This document shows positions 38,560-49,959 of a DNA stretch of 64,000 nucleotides, piece by piece. Source of the DNA: Octopus sinensis (lineage: Eukaryota); the NCBI RefSeq assembly GCF_006345805.1, contig NC_043016.1, forward strand, positions 7,316,001 through 7,380,000, in the 5' to 3' direction. The first letter of the stretch is position 1, and every line of letters starts with the position of its first letter. Both the position numbers and the translations under genes were made by a program. The notes beneath the pieces are model-generated. The model saw only the letters and a program-made list of their open reading frames with translations, did not search any database and was not told the origin of the DNA.

Positions 38560-40760
38560 TTATCATCATATTTTACTTCTCAGAGCTTGGGGTCTTACTT
38601 GCTCTGGTTGATTCTGTGAGAGGAGACAGCAACCTGTTATCAGGGGGTTTCACAGGGTCTCTTTCCACAAATTGTAAGACTTGGTCCTTGGATGTTAAGT
38701 ATTATGGTAGATACCTAACCCCCAAGCACTAATCTCAAAATGCTAGCTATCCCCAATGGAGCGGTTTTTGGGGTATGCACTACCCTCATGTCAATTCCAA
38801 TTTCTCCAACTTATTTCTTGAATTTGGTTGTTAGCATTTCAAGTGTCCCTACAACTACTGGGATAACAATTACTCTCTTCATTGTCTACATTCTTACCAT
38901 TTCATCTTTTAGTAGTCTGTATTTTACCACCTTTCCCTGTTCTTTGTCACCTATGCGTTCATCACCAGGTATGGCAATGTCTATGATCTTGGCTACCGGT
39001 TTTCCCCCATATCGACCACAACAATGCCTGGTCTCCAAGCATTGATTAGAGAGTCATGTTGGATTGTAAAATCTTATATTTTTGGTTCTTATATTGTTCT
39101 TATATATAGGATCCTATATTTAGTGTTCTCTGGTTCATGTTCGTACCATTTCTATGCTCTTCCCAGACTACTTCTCACACAATCTTCAGTGAACAAACTT
39201 AGTCACGTTATTGTGCCTCCTTTTGAAGTGCTCATGGGTCAGCTTGCTACACTCACTTACAGTATGTGAGATTGTTTCATTTCTGCTGCCACACATCCTA
39301 CAAATGGGTGATCCACTGCTCTTATCTGTTTGGAACTTGGTTTTATTAGTTTTCAGAGCTTGTCTTTGTGCACTGCATATCAATGCCTCCTTTCAGATTA
39401 CATTTTCTTAGCCATCTCCAAGTGTTGGTCTTGTCTTGCCCTTTAATTTCTTTGGGGTATTCCCCATGCATTGTTTTCATTTTTCAGTTGTTTATTATAT
39501 GTTCTCCATCTTGTTTCTTAAATGCTTTTGGGTGTGTCATATTTTCAGTAGTCATCGTGTTATTTCTAATTTCTAACAGTGACCATCAAGGGTTCTCCCC
39601 TGCTGTTTGCTGAACTAAGACTGTTCTTCTCATTGACAACACAGATCTTACATCCTATGAAGTCTCTTCATCCTTTGTTCCTAGGCACATTTAGTCTATC
39701 AATATTGCTTTTCAGATGCAGTTCCTTGTTCATTATCATAACTTTTCTAGTTTTTCTATCCATTTCCTCAAGCTTGTTCTTTGTCCACCTAACAACACCT
39801 GTGCTCTATCATATTAAGGAAACAGCCCATGTATTCATTGCTCTGATCTTGTTCTTTTCATTGAGTCTGTTTCTCATGATTAATTTGGTTCTTCTGAGAA
39901 ATTCTCACCTAAAGCTTTCCTTCATCTCACTCTCCAGATTCTAATATCCATCAATCTCAACTTTATTGATTTTTTTTTACCATTGGGTAGTTCTACACCA
40001 TCAGACAACACTACTTGCCTTCTTTTTTTATGATAAGCATACCACATTCTTAAATTCCAAATTCCATCCTGATATCTGTTTCTTTATTACCCACAAGGGG
40101 CTAAACATAGAGGGGACAAACAAGGACAAATGAATTAAGTTGATTACATTGAACCCAGTGCGTAACTAGTACTTAATTTATCGACCTCGAAAGGATGAAA
40201 GGCAAAGTCGACCTCGGTGAAATTTGAACTCAGAACGTAACGACAGACGAAATGTGGCTACGCATTTCGTCCGGCATGCTAATGTTTCTGCCAGCTCACC
40301 AAATTCTATCCTGATATCCTTACTGAATATCTGCACTGTTGAAACCAGACCATTTATTTCATATTTGGTCTTCCTGAAGGTCTTTAAGTCATCCATATAT
40401 AACAAGTGATTTAATTTTTCTCCACTTTTCCTGGTGTAACCTGATGTCACTTTCCGTAGTATGTGTGTGAGGAGTATCATTCAAATCACAAACAGCAATG
40501 GTGATAGGCTACATTTCTATACATACATACTTTTTTTAATGCTCATTGATCCAATAATTCTGCATTTTTACAGTTACACTTTCTCCGTGACTGTAGATAA
40601 ATTTTTTATTCCACAACATATTTGTAGTGGCTTCATGCAGGCATAGTGTAGATTCGATCCTTGATTGCCAAATTTAACTTAACATTTCAACAGCATTTTT
40701 CTCATGGTAAAACAATAGTTTTTCTGTGAATGACAGCAGTTATACATTTCCCAGATGCCT
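38560..40760 (-). mobile_element. R4/Dong-like non-LTR retrotransposon (RT, CCHC, restriction-like endonuclease), degenerate
   Basis: LNHLLYMDDLK..DIRIEFG; CRMCGSRNETISHTVSEC..RRHN; C-terminal QKTAPLG..ILR.VL; (TAA)-type 3' end. Confidence 0.85.
40077..40298 (-). mobile_element. SINE family B inserted in the R4 RT with a 20-bp TSD
   Basis: CCAAATTC(C/T)ATCCTGATATC at 40057-40076 and 40299-40318. Confidence 0.88.
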
Positions 40761-41131
40761 TCGCTAAGTAGAATAATGTCTTTGCCTCTCACCAACCTCT
40801 TACAATCTTTCTCTTCAACCTCCAAAAACCTCTCTCACCAACCTCAAAAACCTGTCTCGCCAACCTCCAACGATCCCTCCCTCCTCCAGCTGACAGTTTT
40901 TTGTACTTTTTCATGACAGAAAATACACCTTTTGTGGCAGTTATAATGAAATTGCTTTCTTATATCAGAGTAATAAGGCATTTCAGTAGAACATCTTTAC
41001 CTCCAGGAATTACCAGGTACACTAGCTAGTAAATACATATATATTTGTGTGTGGACACATGCGTGTGCGTATATATGTGTGTGTGTATGTGTGTGTATAT
41101 ATGTGTGTGTGTGTATATGTGTGTGTGTATG

Positions 41132-41162
<31 letters not shown>

Positions 41163-41354
41163 ATATATGTGCGTGTGTGTGTGTGTGTATATATGTGCGT
41201 GTGTGTGTGTGTGTGTATATATGTGCGTGTGTGTATATATATATATATATATATGTGTTGTGTGTGTGTGTATATATAGATATACATACACACACACATA
41301 TACAAACATATGTGTGTGTGTATATGTATATATATATATATATACTGGAGTAAA

Positions 41355-41561
41355 CACATAAATGTGAAACAAGGTGGAAAAAAGAGTACTCAAATACCAG
41401 TGGTCCAGTGCTAGGTCCAACGAACGGCAATGTGAAACTCAGAGTAACAGGTTTTGTTGAATTTTCTGCTGCTTTAAATAAAGTATTATATATTGTTATA
41501 TTTTGGAATGGTCACATTGCCAGTTTAGCCAATAAAAATCTTGCACAACAAATATTTAAAC
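41355..41561. mobile_element. Penelope pseudo-LTR-related remnant embedded in (TA)/(CA) repeats
   Basis: 41490-41537 matches 51263-51310; 41538-41561 matches 55053-55076. Confidence 0.6.
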
Positions 41562-41575
41562 GTATATATATAAAT

Positions 41576-41663
<88 letters not shown>

Positions 41664-41724
41664 AGGCTTCTTTTAGTTTCTGTCAACCATATATGATGTG
41701 TGTGTTAGTGAAGGTGCATATCTT

Positions 41725-41990
41725 AGTGATTAGGTTATTAGGCCCATGATCATAAGGCTGTGAGTTCGATTCCTGGTGGAGAGTTGTATCCTTGAGCAAG
41801 ACACTCTGTATCATGTTGCTCCAGTTCACTCAGCTGGCAAATATGAGTAGTACCTGTATTTGAAAAAGGACCAGCCTTGTCACATTCTGTGTCATGCTGA
41901 ATCTCCCAGAGAACTACGTTATTGGTATGTGTTTTGCATGTTAATTTCATAATCAGGCTGTTCTGTTGATTAGATCAACTGGAACCCTCA
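41725..41990 (+). mobile_element. tRNA-derived SINE family D
   Basis: GAGTTCGATTCC B-box, ccttgagcaagacact core, ttgctccagttcactcagctg. Confidence 0.7.
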
Positions 41991-42379
41991 TTAGTGTAAC
42001 TGATGGAATGTCTGTATATATATATATATATATATATGTGTGTAGTGTTGTCTTTTTGCCTTGATTTAATGTGTTGGATGTAATTGAATGTTAACATCAT
42101 GCAATCAGTGTCAAAGATTTTGTGTACATCTTTGATTTTGTTCCATAGTTAAGACTGTTTAAAGCACAAACTCTTGTTTCCTACTAGTTTCCTTAGATAT
42201 TTTGATTATGCTTTTGATTTCATTTCATAATGAAGGCTGTTTAAAGTGTAACACATGAACCTGTATTACGTTAAAGATTTTGATTACATTGTAATTTAGA
42301 TCCATAGTAGAGAATGTTTAATGCATAACACTCAAGCTAGTTTTGAACCAGCCAGGATCCCTGGACTGGTGGTACGTAA

Positions 42380-42690
42380 AAAGCACTATCCGACTCGTGG
42401 CCGATGCCAGCGCCGCCTCGACTGGCTTCCGTGCCGGCGGCACGTAAAATACACCAATCTGACCATAGCCGTTGCCAGCCTCGCCTGGCACCTGTGCAGG
42501 TGGCACGTAAAAAGCACCCACTACACTCATGGAGTGGTTGGCATTAGGAAGGGCATCCAGCTGTAGAAACATTGCCAGATAAGACTGGAGTCTGGTGCAG
42601 CCTTCTGGCTTCCCAGATCCCCGGTCGAACCGTCCAGCCCATGCTAGCATGGAGAACAAACGTTAAACGATGATGATGATGATGATATTT
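42380..42690 (+). mobile_element. RTE 3'UTR fragment
   Basis: Tail family ending in cgttaaacgatgatgatg. Confidence 0.8.
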
Positions 42691-42727
42691 CTAAGTCTCT
42701 CAGAGAGATTTATGCAGTAGCAGCACT

Positions 42728-42895
42728 ATAAAGTGATAGTATGTTGTCAACTTAATATGACAGTTCCATAAAAGGGAAGAATGCTATTGTTATTTATCCC
42801 TAGGAAACACCGTTTCCTAGGGCTAGATAACAGTCAGTAGCACTCTTCCCTTTTATGGGACTGTCACATTAATTGACAACATATTATCACTTTAT
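42728..42895. repeat. Fold-back (palindromic) MITE-like element, about 80-bp arms
   Basis: ataaagtgatag..ccctaggaaac-ACC-gtttcctaggg..ttatcactttat. Confidence 0.85.
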
Positions 42896-43395
42896 GGTTT
42901 CATTATGTCTTTGATTTTCTTCCATTGTTAAGGTTGTTTAAAACCTAACACTTAAATAAATGAATGTTGTGACAAGCAGAATAATGCATATTATCAACAG
43001 TTATTCTGGCATGTTCACATTTTTTTCTTTTATTTATCTCAAGGTTCTTTAAATACAAGCTACTTGTAATTGAATAGCAAATTTAGAATACTGTATATTT
43101 TTTTCCCTTCAAAATCAAACTGTTTCTTATTGTTGTTGGTCATGTTGTTTTTGTTCCCCATATAGAATTAATGCTAGTAGTATTAGTAGCAGCAGTGAAA
43201 TTGACAAAAGTTTTTAGAGCAGCAGGTAATGTTTTGTAGCATTTAGTTGCAGTGCTTCACATCTTGAGTTCAAATCCTGCTATGATAATGTTGCCTTTCA
43301 TTTTTTTTCCAGGGTTGAAAATAAATTACCACCCTTTTCTCTTTCTCTCTCTCCAGTCACATTTTGGATGTTCCACTAGGTCTAGCATTGGAAGA

Positions 43396-43540
43396 GTGAA
43401 TGGATGTATCTCTACTGGCCATGCAATAACTAATAATATCACGGATGTGAATGGATGTATCTCTGCTGGCCATGCAATAACTAATAATACATATAATAAC
43501 TAATAATAGAGTGGCCATGCAATAACTAATAATAGAGTGG
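43396..43540. repeat. Short tandem repeat, unit about 51 bp plus partial copies
   Basis: gtgaatggatgtatctct.ctggccatgcaataactaataat repeated. Confidence 0.8.
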
Positions 43541-43641
43541 TGATGGCTGATACTCATATCATACATGCAATACATATGCATATATGCTTACAAACACACA
43601 TGCGCATACATATATCCTCTCTCTCACACACACACACACAT

Positions 43642-44036
43642 ACTCTTTTACTTGTTTCAATCATTTGACTGTGGCCATGCTGGAGCACCGCCTTTAGTCG
43701 AGCAAATTGACCCCAGGACTTATTCTTTGTAAGCCTAGTACTTATTCCATCGGTCTCTTTTGCCGAACCGCTAAGTTATGGGGACGTAAACACACCAGCA
43801 TCGGTTGTCAAGCGATGTTGGAGGGACAAACATATCCACACACACATACATATATAGATGTATATACATATATATGATGGGCTTCTTTCAGTTTCCGTCT
43901 ACCAAATCCATTCACAAGACTTTGGTCAGCCCGAGGCTATAGTAGAAGACACTTGCCCAAGGTGCCACGCAGTGGGACTGAACCCAAGCCATGTGGTTGG
44001 TGAGCAAGCTACTTATCACACAGCCACTCCTACACC
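43642..44036 (-). mobile_element. SINE family A, full length
   Basis: Reverse complement of 17505-17897. Confidence 0.9.
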
Positions 44037-44245
44037 TATAAATAATAAAGGTGGCTTATTTTTGCAATTTACAACTGCAAGGCAGAAGTATATACATCAC
44101 TAAAGTGACTTAGGGTATAAGTACCAGCATTGCTAGAAATAAGTCCAAAACAACTCTTAGCCAAAAGCAAGCATTGAATCTTATGACTCGCAAGGGAGGC
44201 AAGCTCTTTTATTCATACTACATACATATATGTGTGTGGGTGTGG

Positions 44246-44278
<33 letters not shown>

Positions 44279-44641
44279 CATATATATGATGGGCTTCTTT
44301 CAGTTTCCGTCTACCAATCCATTCACAAGACTTTGGTCAGCCCGAGGCTATAGTAGAAGACACTTGCCCAAGGTGCCACGCAGTGGGACTGAACCCAGAG
44401 CCATGTGGTTGGTGAGCAAGCTACTTATCACACAGCCACTCCTACACCTATAAATAATAAAGGTGGCTTATTTGCAATTTACAACTGCAAGGCAGAAGTA
44501 TATACATCACTAAAGTGACTTAGGGTATAAGTACCAGCATTGCTAGAAATAAGTCAAAACAACTCTTAGCCAAAAGCAAGCATTGAATCTTATGACTCGC
44601 AAGGGAGGCAAGCTCCTTTTATTCATACATACATACATATA

Positions 44642-44660
<19 letters not shown>
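43870..44660. repeat. Near-identical tandem duplication of about 400 bp bounded by (TA)n
   Basis: 43870-44250 versus 44282-44660 differ by single-base indels. Confidence 0.9.
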
Positions 44661-44688
<28 letters not shown>

Positions 44689-44907
44689 ATATATATATAT
44701 ATATATAATATGAGGGAATATTATTCCAAACTTATAGGGAAAAATTCAATTTAGAAATACTAAATCAAATTTCACAAAATATAATATATATGATTGCATC
44801 GCAATCCTTAACATTTATGTATTAACGTTGTTGGGTACTTCACTAGCAGTATATTGGATATACGTTATCCCATAGAGGGTTGCATTTACAACCCCTGTCT
44901 CAATTTG

Positions 44908-44959
<52 letters not shown>

Positions 44960-45091
44960 TAGAAAAAGCTACCTTTTATCAATTCAATAATGAAAAATTA
45001 ATTATACCATTTAGAAAAATTACATCTTATAGAAAAATTAAATATAAGATAAAACATAGCAATTGAATTGATAAAAGGTTGTTTTTCTCTA

Positions 45092-45124
<33 letters not shown>

Positions 45125-45126
<2 letters not shown>

Positions 45127-45297
45127 CGTAGGAGTGGCTGTGTGATAAGTAGCTTGCTTACGAACCACATGGTTCTGGGTGGCACCTTGGGCAAGTGTCT
45201 TCTACTATAACTTCAGGCCGACCAAAGTCTTGTGAGTGGATTTGTTAGATGGAAACTGAAAAGAAGCCCATCATATACGTGTGTGTGTGTGTGTATG

Positions 45298-45328
<31 letters not shown>

Positions 45329-45533
45329 ATATGTTTGTGTATCTGTGTTTGTCTCCCAACATTGCTTGACAACCGATGCTGGTGTGTTTACGGCCCCGTA
45401 ACTTAACGGATCGGCAAAAGAGACCAATAGAATAAGTACTAGGCTTCCAAAGAATAAGTCCTGGGGGCGATTTGCCTGACTAAAGGCAGTGCTCTGGCAT
45501 GGCCACAGTCACATGACTGAAACAAGTAAAAAA
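45125..45533 (+). mobile_element. SINE family A
   Basis: GGCGTAGGAGTGGCTGTG head through acaagtaaaa tail. Confidence 0.88.
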
Positions 45534-45548
45534 GATAGAGTATATATA

Positions 45549-45587
<39 letters not shown>

Positions 45588-45590
<3 letters not shown>

Positions 45591-47108
45591 TCATCATCAT
45601 CATCATCATCGTTTAACGTCCGCTTTCCGCGCTAGCACGGGTTGGACGGTTTGACCGGGTCTGGGAAGCCAGGGGCCGCACCAGGCTCCAGTCTGAATCT
45701 GGCAGAGTTTCTACGGCTGGATGCCCTTCCTAACGCCAACCACTCCATGAGTGGATTGGGTGCTTTTTACGTGCCACCTGCACAGGGGCCGGAGGGTCCG
45801 GCATCGTCACGATCGGTTCGAGCATTTTAACGTGTCAGCGGCACGGGGGCAACGAGGTCCGGGGTACTTTGGGGATCGGGGTACTTTGGGGATCCGGGGT
45901 ACTTAGAATGGGTAGGGTGTATGTGGAATTGCTGCAGAAAGCAGCCCGGGTCTTTGTAGTCACGGCATTTATCGTCACTGAGTAACGTAATTAGGTAGAG
46001 GAAAGAAATACAGATATTCTAGAGTTGAGTTGGGGAGGGGGTGTCCAGTTGAGGCGGGTAATATAGGGGAGCAACCAGTGGGGAAGGTTGGGGTAAGGAG
46101 GAACGATGGCAGGAAGGGTTGGTGAAGGTTCCTAAGAAATAAAAAAAAAAAAAAAAAAAAAAAAAACGTAGGATATTACGAGGCGGGAGGGTACTAAAGG
46201 GGATGGTCGGAATGAGGCAGTGTCAGGAGGAAGCGTAAGATCGGTGGGCAGTTGATGAGCTATGGCGCTAGCAGCTTGTCTTTTCACAGTGAAAGCATAT
46301 GAGGAGAAGGGGTAGTGGGGGGAGGGGGAGGGAGTAGGGCGTACCCGGTGTAGATGAGTAAGGCGTATCCGGTGTAGATGGTGAGAACAGGGTATACTGG
46401 TATTGGTGGTGGTGGTGAGAACAGTGTTCACCGGTATTGGTGGTGGTGGTGGTGGTGGTGAGAACAGAGTTCACCGGTATTGGTGGTGGGGGGTGAGAAC
46501 AGTGTTCATCGGTATTGGTGGTGGGGGTGGGAGGGGCGGGCGCACCGCCAATGGCGGAAAGATGGGAAGAGATGGGATTATGGCTTGAGGTAGCCTAAGG
46601 TTAAATTTTGTAGAGAGAGAGATAGGAAAGATAAATCAAGTTATGGCGAAGGCTTGAAAGTAGCCTAAAAGGTTAAATTTTTTCGTAACAATGTATGAAT
46701 AAACGTAGTAACAACGAATAAAAATAGTAAGATAAATTTTTAAGAACTTGCTGCGGGCATCGATCGAGAGTTGAAATTGAAGAAGAAAGTAAGTTGAATG
46801 GGAATTTAAATTGCAGAATCGTAATGGTAATGGCGATTTTCAAGTTTTAGCATAAGAAGAAGAAGAGGAGGAAAAAGACCGCCAATGGCGGAAAGATGGG
46901 AAGAGATGGGATTACGGCTTGAGGTAGCCTAAGGTTAAATTTTGTAGAGAGAGAGATAGGAAAGATAAATCAAGTTATGGCGAAGGCTTGAAAGTAGCCT
47001 AAAGGTTAAATTTTCGTAACAATGTATGAATAAACGTAGTAACAACGAATAAAAATAGTAAGGTAAATTTTTAAGAACTTGCTGCGGGCATCGATCGAGA
47101 GTTGAAAT
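45588..47108 (-). mobile_element. Non-autonomous retroposon with RTE-type 3' tail, GC-rich body and tandem 5' monomers
   Basis: (GAT)n tail at 45588-45612; 334-bp-period repeat 46544-46777/46878-47108; flanked by (TA)n on both sides. Confidence 0.7.
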
Positions 47109-47726
47109 ATATATATATATATATATGTATATATGCGCTTGTGTATGTGTGTGTGTGTATAGGCATATATGCATGCGTATTGCAGTCATGTATATGATTT
47201 CAGCTTTCACCACTCTCTTTATTATCAGTTATTGCAGGGACGTATAGTTGCAAGCAGATAGATGTCCTTTCGATCTTCCAATACTAGATCTATAAGCTCT
47301 AAGGTGTTACTGAGGCACTCAACTATGAGTGCACTGCACCTAATAGCAGAAACAGCTGTAAGCTAATGGAATTCATTAGATAATCATTTATTCCTTTGTC
47401 ACCTCTTTTTCTTGTACTCACAGACACACATAATTTTGTAAACTGTGGTTAAAAATAGTTAAGCCGGGTGTAGATTTTAATTTTTGATTTTTTTTTTTTT
47501 TTTTTTTTTTAAGGGAAAAGTATGTTTTTGTTGTGAAATAAGTTTTCATACTTGCACAAAAAATTTCATCACAGTTCTGTTTCACTTTCACAATGCTTGT
47601 TTTGTCCTTTTTTCTTTTTTGCATTTTTTAACATTCTTTTGTAATATGCTTTTTTATTTATAATTCATTTGTTAAAAACCATTATTGAATATTATTTTAT
47701 CTTTGTTGTTGGTATTATTACCATCA

Positions 47727-47749
<23 letters not shown>

Positions 47750-47757
<8 letters not shown>

Positions 47758-48210
47758 GCTGGACAAAATATTTAGCAGGATTTCTTCCAGCTCTACTTTC
47801 TGTATTCACATTCTGTAGAGGCCAATTTTTTTCTTCCTTTCATTCTTTCGGGGTCAATGAAATAAGCATCAATTGAGCACTGAATTTTTATGCAATAAAT
47901 AACCTTTCCTCTAAAACTTCAGGCCTTGTGACTATGGTAGGAACAATTATTATTATCATTATTTATCTATTTCTTTACTACCCACAAGGGGTTAAACACA
48001 GAGAGGACAAACAAGGACAGAAAAACGAATTAAGTCGATTATATCGACCCCAGTGCGTAACAGGTACTTAATTTATTGACCCCCGAAAAGGATGAAAGGC
48101 AAAGTCGACCTTGGCGGAATTTGAACTCAGAATGTACTGAGGTCGATGCAGCCAAGTAGCTTCCTCTCCCAAAAATTTCAGATCCTGTGCCTATTGTAGA
48201 AAGAATTATT
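47750..48210. mobile_element. SINE family B copies (+ 47750-47945; - 47965-48140 fused to a + 3' part 48133-48210)
   Basis: Direct similarity to family B; inverted junction at GTACTG. Confidence 0.75.
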
Positions 48211-48291
48211 ATTATCATCATTATTATTATTGTTGTTGTTGTTGTTGTTGTTTTCATTGTTATTAAAATTGTTGTTTTTGTTTACTTTCAG

Positions 48292-49446
48292 GTAAGCATT
48301 GTCCAAGAACAAATTGATCAAGCGACAGAATACAAGGGCCAGTTGACTAAGAAAGAGAAAAGCATTAATGATCCTGCTATGAAGAAAGTCTATCAGGCAG
48401 AGATCAGAATGATTGATGAGCAAAATGAACGACTAATGATGCAGCTACTACACTATTGTGCAGGTTTGCAGCATTGCCTTGATCAACAAGAAGAAGAACG
48501 TCAAAAGGTTGAACAAGCTCAACCCACTCTTCCTGTTTCTGCTGGTCTTCAGTCAAATTCCTCCAGTCCATTACCAGTCCTTTCCATTTCGGTTGTGCCT
48601 CCTGATGTAACAGAAGGAATGATGGAAGCTAATGAAGGTAGCATCAATGATGGCACAAACATTGATAATGGTAGCGATGGTGATGGCTATGGAAACGGTA
48701 ACGGTGTTTTTGACAGCAGTAGACCAAGCATGAAAGCCACTAATGCAATGAGATCTAGTGGTGCAGTCACTGGAGGTGGTGCCTCAGAGGAGCTAGAACA
48801 CAGTATTTCCAAATACCCACAAATGTCCGTTGTGATATCACCACCAATGCTACCACCATCACCACCGTCACCAACAACACCAACACCATTGCACCACCAA
48901 GAAGAAGAAGAAGAAGAAGAAGAAGAAGAAGAGGAACAGGAACAAAATGAAGTGCCAGTTCAACAACAACAACAATCTCCATCACCTCTCACCACCACAG
49001 TCACTCCTCACCAAGATCATCTCCTTCCAGAAGCAGCTGCTCTACTACAGCCCGCGCAACAACCGTCGTCGTTGTTGTCATCATCATCATCATCATCAAC
49101 GTCTCCCGCAACTGCAGCCTGGTCATCATTGTCATCATCGTCATCGTCATCGTTACCGTCATCGTCGTCGTCGTCGTCAACAACAGCCACACCTGCAGCA
49201 GCAACAGCAATAGCAGCTACTGCAGCAGTAACAACAACAACAACAACAACTTCAACCACAACAGCAACAACTATTATACCGACAACGTCACCTGAATCGC
49301 AACCACCAACAACACCAGGAGTAGCAGCTACAACTACAACAACAACAACAACAGCAGCAGCAGAAGCAACAACAATTAATCAGCCACAAATTGCTGACAA
49401 ACAACTAAATTTACTTAGCAAGTCTGTAGAATGTTCCGATTCTTGA
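48292..49446 (+). CDS. Probable terminal coding exon of an unidentified host gene: coiled-coil segment plus long low-complexity C-terminus (384 aa)
   Basis: Pyrimidine tract plus CAG acceptor at 48289-48291; protein-like VSIVQEQIDQATEYKGQL..EIRMIDEQNERLMMQLLHYCAGLQHCLDQQEE; frame open for 1.15 kb to TGA; AATAAA at 49731. Confidence 0.8.
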   Translation, partial: VSIVQEQIDQATEYKGQLTKKEKSINDPAMKKVYQAEIRMIDEQNERLMMQLLHYCAGLQHCLDQQEEERQKVEQAQPTLPVSAGLQSNSSSPLPVLSISVVPPDVTEGMMEANEGSINDGTNIDNGSDGDGYGNGNGVFDSSRPSMKATNAMRSSGAVTGGGASEELEHSISKYPQMSVVISPPMLPPSPPSPTTPTPLHHQEEEEEEEEEEEEQEQNEVPVQQQQQSPSPLTTTVTPHQDHLLPEAAALLQPAQQPSSLLSSSSSSSTSPATAAWSSLSSSSSSSLPSSSSSSSTTATPAAATAIAATAAVTTTTTTTSTTTATTIIPTTSPESQPPTTPGVAATTTTTTTTAAAEATTINQPQIADKQLNLLSKSVECSDS

Positions 49447-49557
49447 CAACTGAACATATCCTGATCTCCAATTACCATTGGTTACTGATTATATCATGTG
49501 ACTATTTACTGTCACTGACAATGTCCAAGGCCTATTGGTCATTAAGCTAAATTTAAA

Positions 49558-49603
<46 letters not shown>

Positions 49604-49959
49604 CACACCCATTATAACTAAATCATTAACTGTTAACCCGAACAAGTATGTGCTGCTGTATAAGGCTAGTTTGCACAGTTGTGTACATACATAAAGCATG
49701 CATGAACACACATACATGTATGCATGTCTGAATAAATATGTGTGTTTGCTTTTGTGTTTGTAAGGCTGACTCAATGAACAAATGCATTGTTGATGTGTTG
49801 GAATTTAGATGCTTGGTATATATGCGTGTGTGTGTATGTATAAATATTTGTGTGTTAGTATGTCTGAGCGAGTGTGAATATGTATATATGCACACACACA
49901 TACATGCTCATGTAAGCATGTATATGAATGCACCTCTCTCTTCCCCCTCTCTCTTTATG

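Noticed and set aside
48187-48291. N-terminal 35 aa of the 419-aa ORF
   Set aside because: It derives from a SINE tail and (ATT)/(GTT) repeats upstream of the splice acceptor, so it is intronic.
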